Assembly (NCBI GenBank): GCA_964655785.1
Contig: CAZZNP010000003.1
Span: forward strand, 30,486-89,066
DNA: 58,581 nt
Source of the DNA: an uncultured Gemmatimonadota bacterium
Lineage (GTDB): Bacteria > JAAXHH01
Reading direction: 5' to 3'
Part shown: positions 34,455-43,224 of the stretch, one piece after another
Numbering within the stretch: position 1 is the stretch's first letter
Layout of the letters: every line of letters starts with the position of its first letter
Made by a program: the position numbers and the translations under genes
Notes under the pieces: generated by a model
Databases searched by the model: none
What the model was told of the DNA's origin: nothing
The model's input: the letters and a program-made list of their open reading frames with translations, nothing else

Positions 34455-35438
34455 CTATCCGCCATCCTCGAGCTGCACCAGTGCGTCCAGTACGTCCTGA
34501 TGGATAAATTCTTCGTAAGCATCCCGCACCGGTAGTTTGGCAGCCTTAGAAAGCAACGCCCCGGCCCGCTCCCGGCCGCTGTCTCGATCGAGTTCAGGAA
34601 GCCTGAGCGCATACTCCAGCAGCACGACCTTCGAGTCCGGTGCGAGTTCCAGGGCCCGTTCGTAATGGGCGATGGCGTTCTCGCGGTTCGCCTTGTACAT
34701 GAACCGGGCAATCCGTCCGGCGCGGGCAATGTCGGCGTGCCAGCCCCCGAAGGCCATGTGCGCCTCGGCGAAGTCGGGATAGACGGCAAGCGTGGCCTCG
34801 AGCAGACTGCGGGTCCTGCCCGCCAGACCTCGGCGAAGCGCCGTCAGCGTACCGACAGTCTGGGCATACCGGCCGACGGCGTGCGCGGACTGGTAATACG
34901 CTTCGTAATTGGTCGAATCGGCGCTCACCGCCTCCTCTCCGAAATTCATCGCCCGTTCCAGGAACCTCTTCCTTTCATCCCCGGTCGCCACATGATGGCC
35001 GTACACTGCGAGCGATTGCGCTGCCAGGGCGTAGCCTTCTGAGGTCCCTAGGGCTTCCGCGAGATCCGCCGCCTCGAGAAAGCGGCCTTCCACGAATGCG
35101 GCTGTTGCCTCATCGATCGGCTGCGCGTCGATACCGCTTGAGTCGGCTGCGACGCTTGAGTCGGCTGCGACGGTTGAGTCGGCTGCGACGGTTGAGTCGG
35201 CTGCGACGGTTGAGTCGGCTGCGACGGCTGTACCGGTTGGTTCCGCCTGGACAGCCGGGTCGGCTGCGACGGCTGTACCGGTTGGGTCCGCCTGGCCAGC
35301 CGGGTCGGCTGCGACGGCCGGGTCGGCTGCGACGGCCGGGTCGGCTGCGACGGCCGGGTCGGTCCGGCCGTCCAAGCTGACCGCGAGGAGCACGATTGGT
35401 CCAAATGCCGCGATGAGGAAAAAGCGGGTAACGGTCAT
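34455..35438 (-). CDS. secreted/anchored helical-repeat (TPR-like) protein with repeat-encoded low-complexity N-terminus
   Basis: 327 aa with an N-terminal hydrophobic segment (FFLIAAFGPIVLLAV). This is followed by (AADPAV)n, (AADSTV)n and a ~220-aa all-helical region (NAIAHYERALELAPDS). It starts 18 bp downstream of the P450 fusion gene on the same strand. Confidence 0.6.
   Translation of the reverse strand: MTVTRFFLIAAFGPIVLLAVSLDGRTDPAVAADPAVAADPAVAADPAGQADPTGTAVAADPAVQAEPTGTAVAADSTVAADSTVAADSTVAADSSVAADSSGIDAQPIDEATAAFVEGRFLEAADLAEALGTSEGYALAAQSLAVYGHHVATGDERKRFLERAMNFGEEAVSADSTNYEAYYQSAHAVGRYAQTVGTLTALRRGLAGRTRSLLEATLAVYPDFAEAHMAFGGWHADIARAGRIARFMYKANRENAIAHYERALELAPDSKVVLLEYALRLPELDRDSGRERAGALLSKAAKLPVRDAYEEFIHQDVLDALVQLEDGG
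35137..35370. repeat. nested in-frame intragenic tandem repeats (18 bp x5, 45 bp x2, 18 bp x3)
   Basis: The core gtcggctgcgac recurs 9 times. It encodes AADSTV / AADPAV / AVAADPAVQAEPTGT repeats of the TPR-like protein. Confidence 0.9.
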
Positions 35439-35456
35439 CTATACATCCGGTTCGAT

Positions 35457-37490
35457 CTAGGAGGCGGGCAATTCGCGCAGTTGCTCGGCGACGCGAAACT
35501 TCAGCTTCTTGCTCGGTTTCATGGAAGGAAGCGGACCGAACTTGAGCTTCCAGTCTTCCGGATACACCTCGAGCCTGAAATAACGCGCGACCATCAGCAC
35601 ATTCACCGCAAGCTGCAATTCCATCCACCGGTTGCCCAAGCACGTGTGGGTACCCAGTCCGTAAGGCGTGTACGCGCCGGGTGTGCGATGCTCGTTGCGT
35701 GGGGGGAGATAGCGGTCGATATCGAACTTATGGGGTTCCGGAAAATACTCTTCAAAGTAGTGTGGAGCCGTTTGGGCGATATGGACCTTCGTCCCCACCG
35801 GCAATTCATAGCCCTCGACCATACAGGTATTCATCACGTGACGCATGGACATGGCGATGATGGGGTGGATTCGCAGACTCTCCATGATGAAGCGGTGGGT
35901 CACGTCGATTTTCGCGGGGGTAAGGTCCTCCCCGGCCGGATCGCCGTTCTCGAACAGAGCGTCCGCTTCTTCGCGAATCCTATCGCAGAGATCGGGATGC
36001 GACGCCAGGGCGTACACCGTGAAGCTGAAGGCGTCACCCAGGTACACGCTGGCGATCAGCGCCGCGGACAGGGCGAAACGCAGGTTCGACTCGGGCACGA
36101 ACTGCGGATCGCTCGCGTGCAGGCTCAGCCAGTCGTCGGCGAGGTTCCGGGGACAGCCGCCCCGCTGAGCGGGCGTGTGAACGCTCTGAATCCGCTGCAG
36201 CAACGTGTCGACGGCTTTCGCGCGGCGCTTCATGCCCGGCGTATTCAGCATGAACTTGGGCAGAACCCGGACGATGTGCGTATTGAGCGCCCGTTCCTTG
36301 TAGGACATGAGATCGTCGATGATGTCCTGCGTGTCGACGCTGACCGAAAGCGGCGAAATCCGGCTATTGATCATCAGGTGGCACATCCGTCTCGCCTGAA
36401 AGACCTCCCCGACCTTCCAATGCGACATGAATCCGCGGGCGTGCTTGTACAGCTGATCCAGCTGGGCGGAAAGTCTCGCTCGCGAATAAGCCGGCGACAT
36501 GGCCTTGCGCAGCCTGAAATGATCGCCGCCGTCTAGGGAAGGCAGTACCCCGGATGCGCCGTAGACTTTTTCGAAGTCGGCGAAATAGTCCCTGGCTCTC
36601 AAGTACATGCGGCCGTGCCGGTGCGTCCATCGATTCACGTCCGTCCCGGCGATGAAGTACAGGCGCTTGCCGAAGGGCCGGCGGATCGCGAATACCGGGC
36701 CGTATTCCCAGGTCAGCTCGGCAAAGAACGCGGTGATGTTCCCGGTCCGGGTATTAGGATTTAACAGCAGCTTGCCGAGCGAAATTGTCGGGATTTCCTT
36801 GGTCAGGTGGGACCGCCGAAGCAATGGCCCTGCAATGTTCTGCTCGACGGCTGCGGCAATGGAGCGGCCGATCAGGTCCATCTGGCAGATGGCCTTGATG
36901 CGTTCCTCCGCTTCTTCATCGAGTTGGAACATGAAGCGCAGGACGTCGCAGGTGTTGATGAGGCAGATTACGATGACGTCTCTCGGATCGGGGATCTCGT
37001 TCATGAAGATCGCCCGGCTGATCCAAGTTCTGATGAACTGACTCGCCGTGCCCGGTTCGGCGTCGTCGTACAACTCCGACTCCCAGTCGGTCCGGGCCAG
37101 CGTCCAGAACTCGCCTTCGTGATGTTCCAGGATCTTCACTTCGACCAGGCGGTCCAGCACCGAATCGATGGCAGACTCCGCGCGCGGAACGAGCCTTTCG
37201 ATCCAGAACCGCGTGTTATGCTGGCTCGAATCGCTTGCGATTTCTTCCAGAATGGGGTCGATGGTGGGATTGCCCGTAGGCGTCTGGTCCAGGAGGAACA
37301 GGTATTCCACGTCCGTGTCGATGCGGGACCTGAGTGAAAGCTCCGCCAGCACGGCGCTGACCACGGCGCAGTTCAGGTTCCAGCCAGGCACCTGGTGGAA
37401 GTAGCCCGTCTCCTCGTTGAGGAGCGCCAAGATGAGCTCCTGGGTCAACGTAAGGGGTTGGGTTTTCGCACCTGGTGTAGTCACTGACAT
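35457..37490 (-). CDS. GPP34 (GOLPH3-like) domain - cytochrome P450 fusion protein
   Basis: 677 aa from ATG 37490. It has an N-terminal GPP34 pattern (ELILALLNEETGYF...AVVSAVLAELSLRSRID). The C-terminal P450 has ExxR (ESLR) and a heme Cys loop (YGLGTHTCLG). Confidence 0.8.
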   Translation of the reverse strand: MSVTTPGAKTQPLTLTQELILALLNEETGYFHQVPGWNLNCAVVSAVLAELSLRSRIDTDVEYLFLLDQTPTGNPTIDPILEEIASDSSQHNTRFWIERLVPRAESAIDSVLDRLVEVKILEHHEGEFWTLARTDWESELYDDAEPGTASQFIRTWISRAIFMNEIPDPRDVIVICLINTCDVLRFMFQLDEEAEERIKAICQMDLIGRSIAAAVEQNIAGPLLRRSHLTKEIPTISLGKLLLNPNTRTGNITAFFAELTWEYGPVFAIRRPFGKRLYFIAGTDVNRWTHRHGRMYLRARDYFADFEKVYGASGVLPSLDGGDHFRLRKAMSPAYSRARLSAQLDQLYKHARGFMSHWKVGEVFQARRMCHLMINSRISPLSVSVDTQDIIDDLMSYKERALNTHIVRVLPKFMLNTPGMKRRAKAVDTLLQRIQSVHTPAQRGGCPRNLADDWLSLHASDPQFVPESNLRFALSAALIASVYLGDAFSFTVYALASHPDLCDRIREEADALFENGDPAGEDLTPAKIDVTHRFIMESLRIHPIIAMSMRHVMNTCMVEGYELPVGTKVHIAQTAPHYFEEYFPEPHKFDIDRYLPPRNEHRTPGAYTPYGLGTHTCLGNRWMELQLAVNVLMVARYFRLEVYPEDWKLKFGPLPSMKPSKKLKFRVAEQLRELPAS

Positions 37491-38044
37491 ATATTTTGGA
37501 CTCCAGGTACCAACTCCTTCATGAAGACCAATAGCACGTATGGTACCAATTGATAAATATATGTAAACGACCGGGGCGTACAACGTTTAAATTGCCTGTC
37601 GGGTATGGCTTTCAGGTGAAAAGCGGGCGTCTCCGACCGGGGTTACCATGGGCGTATCAGGTTCGCAACCAGTCGATACATAATTCGTCGAATAAAACTT
37701 TTCCTATTTCATTATATAAGTAACTCGCAATTATGGACTTGACTGTACTTAACATACGTTGCATATTGATAATAAACAAGGGGTGCGTCGCCAAGTCCAC
37801 TGTTTCATATTTCATTTTTACCAGTTTTTATAGGACAGATATTGTACACGCATCTAAGCGTACATGCGTGCCAGTTCGTGCGCCTGTGGACGGTACCGGT
37901 TTCAACCTGCTGTCTGTCCGCTTTTTGCGTGTAACTCACCACCCACGGCAACAAACACATTTCCCGAGGCAATGCAAGTGTGAGCGCAGCGCCTACATTG
38001 CCGTCGGTTTCACGCGGTACCTACTTTTTCGTGAGAACTAGGCC

Positions 38045-40042
38045 ATGAAGATGCGATTTACCGAAGAACTGCTCCTTTTGCTTCACAGTGAAGAATCGGG
38101 TTATTTCGTTCCCATACCAGAATGGCAAATGTCCTGTGCTATAGCAGGCAGCGTGCTTATGGAGCTTGCTCTGGAAGAGCGCATCGACTCCGACCTGGAA
38201 TCATTGGTTCTGACCGATGCGACTCCGACGGGCGATGAGTTGCTTGATCCTACGCTCCAGGAGATAGTGCAGGGAGATAAAGTTCAGACTCCGCAGTACT
38301 GGGTTGAACGCATCGCTCGAAGGGCGGATGACATCAGCGATGCCGCTATAGACCGCCTGGTGAAAGCGGGTATTTTCCAGTCTGATGAAGGCGGATTCTG
38401 GACCCTGACCACCAAGGTAACCCGGACAGGTCGATATCCCCTGGTAGATGGAAGGGCGGGTGAAGAAATAAAAAGCCGGATCATGCGCACCCTGCTAGAC
38501 GACGAGATTCCACATCCTCGCGACATAGCCATAATTGGCCTCGTCAACTACTGTGGCGGGTTCAGGGCCATGATGGAGCCCGAAGAGTACGAGTGGGCAA
38601 AAAACCGCATTGAGCTCTTAAGCAGGATGGACCTGATCGGACGGGCTATCGGCCCGGCGGTACGCAGCTCCTACCGGCCGCCCGAGAGCATGCGCGCCGG
38701 CAGACGCCGTCCAATGCCTACCGTGAGTCTTTGGGAGTTGATTTCCTCCAAAACGGTCAGGGCGGGGAACTTCCCCAAGTTCTTTGCCGAGAAAAACAAT
38801 GAGCTTGGTGCTGTTTTTCGACTCAAAGTACCCGGACGGAAGCTCGTTGTAATATCTGGGGTCGAAATGAACAAGTGGGTCGGCAAGAAGGGCCGATTAT
38901 ACTTGCGGACTCGCGACTACCTGGAAGGATTTCAAACAGAGTGGGGTACGGCGAGGTCCGTTGCGAGCATGGACGGAGCGGACCACTTCCGCATGCGTAG
39001 GGCCGTACGGGCCGGTAATTCCAGACAGGTTGTCAGCGATCGGCTCCACGAACTGATTGCGGTCATAAGGCGCTCATTCCGCGAATGGGGAATCGGTAAC
39101 ACCATGCCGGGTGAAATGACCTGCCAGCGGTTCATAGGAAGACAGATCGCCGAGCTAAGCGTAAGTACGGATGTCGCCACCGATGTCCTTGATGACCTTC
39201 TCACGTTCGAGTACCGTGCACTGATGGTCCATGTACACAAGCTCCTGCCCAAATTCATGATACACACGCCTAGGATGAACCGGTATCGAAACCGCGTTCT
39301 GGACTTGTATGCACAGATCCACGCGTCTCACACGCCGGGGCAAAGAGAAGGAAAGCGGCGAGACCTGGTCGATGACTTGATGGAACTGCATCAATCCGAT
39401 CCGCAGTTTCTCCCGGAGACCGACCTGGGATTCGCTTTCATTGCACCGATCATCGCTGGACACTACACCGGAAGCGCGATGGGTTTTGCCATTTATGAAC
39501 TGTTGAAAAACCCACACATCCGGGAACAGATCGCCGCTGAAGCGGATGCGCTGTTCGAAGGCGGCGATCCGACCGCTGAGGATCTGACCCCTGCGGCTAT
39601 CGACGCGACCCACCGGTTCATCATGGAGGTCCTGCGGCTGCATCCGGTCATCCCGGTGCATTTGCGCACGGCCATGAATTCCTTTGAAGTCGAAGGCATT
39701 GAAGTACCGGCCTACAGCGAGGTCCTGGTAGCTTTCCCGGCAACGCATTACATGGAAAGGTACTTCGCGGAGCCGGAAAAGTTCGACATCGACCGGTATT
39801 CCGAGCCCCGAAATGAACACCGGCAGACCGGCGCATACAATCCCTTCGGCGTGGGTACCCACATGTGCGGCGGCTCACGCTGGACCGAATTGCAGATGGC
39901 CGCCAACGTACTTCTAGTCGCACGCCACCTGGAATTGGAACTGGTACCCAGAGATTACGAACTGAAGTTGAGTTCCCTTCCTAAAATCTGTGCCAACAAG
40001 GCGTTCAAGTTCCAGGTCCTGACACACAGGCATCCCATTTAG
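38045..40042 (+). CDS. GPP34 (GOLPH3-like) domain - cytochrome P450 fusion protein (paralogue)
   Basis: 665 aa with EELLLLLHSEESGYF...AIAGSVLMELALEERID. The P450 has an I-helix IIAGHYTGS, ExxR (EVLR) and a heme loop (FGVGTHMCGG). Codon usage is visibly AT-richer than in flanking genes. Confidence 0.8.
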   Translation: MKMRFTEELLLLLHSEESGYFVPIPEWQMSCAIAGSVLMELALEERIDSDLESLVLTDATPTGDELLDPTLQEIVQGDKVQTPQYWVERIARRADDISDAAIDRLVKAGIFQSDEGGFWTLTTKVTRTGRYPLVDGRAGEEIKSRIMRTLLDDEIPHPRDIAIIGLVNYCGGFRAMMEPEEYEWAKNRIELLSRMDLIGRAIGPAVRSSYRPPESMRAGRRRPMPTVSLWELISSKTVRAGNFPKFFAEKNNELGAVFRLKVPGRKLVVISGVEMNKWVGKKGRLYLRTRDYLEGFQTEWGTARSVASMDGADHFRMRRAVRAGNSRQVVSDRLHELIAVIRRSFREWGIGNTMPGEMTCQRFIGRQIAELSVSTDVATDVLDDLLTFEYRALMVHVHKLLPKFMIHTPRMNRYRNRVLDLYAQIHASHTPGQREGKRRDLVDDLMELHQSDPQFLPETDLGFAFIAPIIAGHYTGSAMGFAIYELLKNPHIREQIAAEADALFEGGDPTAEDLTPAAIDATHRFIMEVLRLHPVIPVHLRTAMNSFEVEGIEVPAYSEVLVAFPATHYMERYFAEPEKFDIDRYSEPRNEHRQTGAYNPFGVGTHMCGGSRWTELQMAANVLLVARHLELELVPRDYELKLSSLPKICANKAFKFQVLTHRHPI

Positions 40043-43000
40043 ACGGATGCGGATGCCAGGTTAAGAAACCGCTGGTGAATCGAGAACAGCGCGGGAACGA
40101 CGACCATGAGGATCGCTGTAGTAAACAGAATACCGAATCCCAGTGACGCGGCGAAGGGGATCAGGAACTGGGCCTGAATGGCGGTTTCCAGAATGAGCGG
40201 TGTGAATCCGAGGAATGTCGTAAGGGAAGTGAGCATGATCGGACGAAATCGACCCTTGGCGCCTTCGATGATCGCGGTCCGTGCCGGGTTGCCTTCACGC
40301 AGTTTTTGATCGATGAAGTCGATCATGACCAGGGAATCGTTCACTACTACACCACTCAGGCCAAAGATGCCCATGAAGGATACCGCGCTCAAGGCCAGCC
40401 CCAGCACCCAGTGACCGAGGATCACCCCGATGAACCCGAAGGGGATGATGGCCATGATGATGAACGGTTTGGTGTAGGAGCGGAGGGGGATGGCAAGCAG
40501 CGTGAAGATCATGATCAGGGCAACCGCGTACCCGCGGTACAGGGCGTCCAGAGAATCGAGCTGCTGCTGTTGTTCGCCTCCGAACGTGTAGGTCAGGTCC
40601 GGGTATATGTCGGTCAGGTCCGCCAGGATCGAGTTCTCCAGGATGTCGTTGGCTTCGTTGCCGGTAATCACCGCGGGATCCACGTCCGCGGTGACCGTGA
40701 CGATTCGCTGGCTATCCTTTCGCTTTATGGCCGGCGGCGACACACCTGAATTAAGCGTTGCCGCACGGGTCACCGGGACCTCTGCTCCGCCGGGCGTACG
40801 GAGCAGATACCTCTCGATATCCGTGATAGTGTTCCGCTCATCAGCGGGGAGGCGGACGTAGACGCGAACCTCTTCGCGGCCACGCTGCACCCGAACCGCC
40901 TCGGCACCGAAAAACGCCGCGCGCGCCTGGCCGGCCAGCGCATCAAGTGTGAGACCCAGGGTCCGCGCTTCAGGCCGCAGTTCCATCTGTATTTCCAGTA
41001 TGCCCGGGGTATGGTCCGAACGCACGTCGTAAACGCCTCCAACTTCGCGCAGGCCGTCGACCACGGAGTTGGCGATCTGGACGAGCCGATCGGGATCCGG
41101 ATGAGACATTTCGGCCTCGACAGGATTTCCCAGGTCCAGGACCTCGCCGCTGAAGGTAATGCCGCGCACATAGGGCAGCACCCCTACCTCCTCGCGCCAT
41201 GCCTGGACGAAGTCGATCGTGGAAATCTCTCTTTGCTGCGCTCCGAGCAGCTTGAATTCGATGGTGGCGATATTGGCTTGCGGATTAAGGGTCGGTGCAG
41301 GGTTCAACCCTCCACCAGGTACCCGCGGCCGCTGTCCGACCGTCACGATGACGCCGGACAACAGCGGAGGCGCATAATCGGGACGGTCAATCGAGAGGCG
41401 TTCAATTACCCGGTACCCGGCCTGCTCCAGTTCCCTGGCGACCTCAAATGTCCTCGGCGCGGTCGTGCCATCGGGCATGTCCAGCGTGACCGTGGCGTAA
41501 TCCCCTTCTACTTCTGCGGCCAACGTGGTTGGGACGATACCCGCGGGAATCAATGAGATGCTTAACACGAGCATGCCCACGGCCGCCGCGATCGTCACCA
41601 CCGGCTGGTCCGTTGCGAACCGAAGCGCCCGGTCCAGGGGACCCTGTACGAACCGGGCCATTTGGGTGTTGACACCACCCTGGACCCGTGAGATCATCCG
41701 GTCGAGCACGTTTTTCGGCTTCCATTCCGGGCCGTGCAGATGGGACAGGTGGTTGGGCAGGATCAGCAACGATTCCACCAAAGAAACCAGCAGGATGGCG
41801 ATCATTATGATCGGCAACGCCCGCCAGACCTCGCCTACGCCGCCGGGGATGAACAGCAGCGGTATGAAAGCCACCACCGAGGTGAGGACCGCAAAGGTCA
41901 TCGGCACTTTTATCCGTCGTACGCCTCGGATTGCGGCCTGGATTCCCGGGGTCCCCCGATTGCGTTCGTATTGAATATGTTCGGATACGACTATGGCGTC
42001 ATCCGCGACGATGCCGATGGCAAGGACAAAGGAAAACAGGCTCTGGGCGTTGATTGCCACGTCGAGAATCAGCATGGCCGCCAGGGCGCCGATACCCGAT
42101 ACGGCAAGGCCGACGGCGACCCAGAATGCAAGCCTTATTTCGAGAAACAGACTGAGCGCGATCAGTACCAGAAGCAGGCCCAGTATACCGTTCTTCAATA
42201 GAATATCGGTGCGTTCCTCGTAGTCCTGTGATTCATCATTCCATATGGTGATGCCCAGGCCGTCCGGGAGGGACGGGATCACCTCGTTCTCCAGGTGCTC
42301 CCGGACGTTCGCGGAGACTTCCAGCACGTGCTCGCCGTCAGCCCGGTAGACTTCGACGAACGCCGCCGGCTGGTTCTGGTGCCGGACGATCAGGTCCGAT
42401 TCCCGGAAGCCGTCGTTCACCGCTGCGATATCTCCGAGGCGTACGACCGTACCGTCACTGCCGCTGAGCAGGACGATCTCTTCGAAATCCTCCTGGTCGT
42501 AATTCTGGCCCAGGGTCCGGATGCGCACCTGGGATTCCCGCGTATTGATACTGCCGGAAGACAGCTCCAGGGAACTCCGGCGGATCGTACCGGCTATGTC
42601 GTCGAGGGTAAGCCCGAGGGCGCTCAGCCGATGCAGCGGAACTTCGATGGAGATCTCGTAGTCCCGCACTCCGCTTACTTCGACCTGGGACACGGACGGC
42701 AACGTCTTCAGCTCATCCTCTACCTGGTAGGCCAGTTCCTTCAGCGAGCGTTCGGATACGTCACCGTAGACGACGAGCCTCATCATGCTCTGGCGGTTGG
42801 TCATCTCCCTGAACTGGGGCCGTTCGGCGCCGCCTGGAAAAGACTGAATGCGGTTGACCGCGGACTCGATGTCATTCAGCGCTTGGGCCATGTCCGTGCC
42901 GGATTCCATCTGTACCCGGATGGACGCGATACCCGGCGCCGCCACGGACTTGACCGCCTTCACGTCATCCAGCCCGCTGACCTGGTTCTCGATTTTGACG

Positions 43001-43224
43001 ACGATCGACTCCTCCACTTCCTCCGGCGTGGCACCGGGATAGGCCATCGAGACCTCGACGTGGTAGAAGGGGACGGTCGGCCACGCTTCACGCTCCAGGC
43101 CGGTAAGCGACACGAGCCCGAAGGCGACGATTGCCAACATAAGCAGGTTGGCGGCCACGCTGTTGCCCGCCATGTAAGCGAGCGGGCCGGCAGGTTCCGT
43201 GCGGTTGCCGTTGTCTGCAGTCAT
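40039..43224 (-). CDS. RND efflux transporter, inner-membrane permease (AcrB-like)
   Basis: 1061 aa with 12-TM/two-large-loop organisation and a typical N-terminus (NSVAANLLMLAIVAFGLVSL...EVSMAYPGATPEEVE). The start overlaps the adaptor gene stop. Confidence 0.9.
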   Translation of the reverse strand: MTADNGNRTEPAGPLAYMAGNSVAANLLMLAIVAFGLVSLTGLEREAWPTVPFYHVEVSMAYPGATPEEVEESIVVKIENQVSGLDDVKAVKSVAAPGIASIRVQMESGTDMAQALNDIESAVNRIQSFPGGAERPQFREMTNRQSMMRLVVYGDVSERSLKELAYQVEDELKTLPSVSQVEVSGVRDYEISIEVPLHRLSALGLTLDDIAGTIRRSSLELSSGSINTRESQVRIRTLGQNYDQEDFEEIVLLSGSDGTVVRLGDIAAVNDGFRESDLIVRHQNQPAAFVEVYRADGEHVLEVSANVREHLENEVIPSLPDGLGITIWNDESQDYEERTDILLKNGILGLLLVLIALSLFLEIRLAFWVAVGLAVSGIGALAAMLILDVAINAQSLFSFVLAIGIVADDAIVVSEHIQYERNRGTPGIQAAIRGVRRIKVPMTFAVLTSVVAFIPLLFIPGGVGEVWRALPIIMIAILLVSLVESLLILPNHLSHLHGPEWKPKNVLDRMISRVQGGVNTQMARFVQGPLDRALRFATDQPVVTIAAAVGMLVLSISLIPAGIVPTTLAAEVEGDYATVTLDMPDGTTAPRTFEVARELEQAGYRVIERLSIDRPDYAPPLLSGVIVTVGQRPRVPGGGLNPAPTLNPQANIATIEFKLLGAQQREISTIDFVQAWREEVGVLPYVRGITFSGEVLDLGNPVEAEMSHPDPDRLVQIANSVVDGLREVGGVYDVRSDHTPGILEIQMELRPEARTLGLTLDALAGQARAAFFGAEAVRVQRGREEVRVYVRLPADERNTITDIERYLLRTPGGAEVPVTRAATLNSGVSPPAIKRKDSQRIVTVTADVDPAVITGNEANDILENSILADLTDIYPDLTYTFGGEQQQQLDSLDALYRGYAVALIMIFTLLAIPLRSYTKPFIIMAIIPFGFIGVILGHWVLGLALSAVSFMGIFGLSGVVVNDSLVMIDFIDQKLREGNPARTAIIEGAKGRFRPIMLTSLTTFLGFTPLILETAIQAQFLIPFAASLGFGILFTTAILMVVVPALFSIHQRFLNLASASV

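Noticed and set aside
37733-38041. A 102-aa ORF in the spacer between the two P450 fusion genes
   Set aside because: It lies in the AT-rich regulatory spacer, has odd composition (Cys/Phe/Ile/Arg-rich), and has no RBS or homology cue. I treat it as non-coding.
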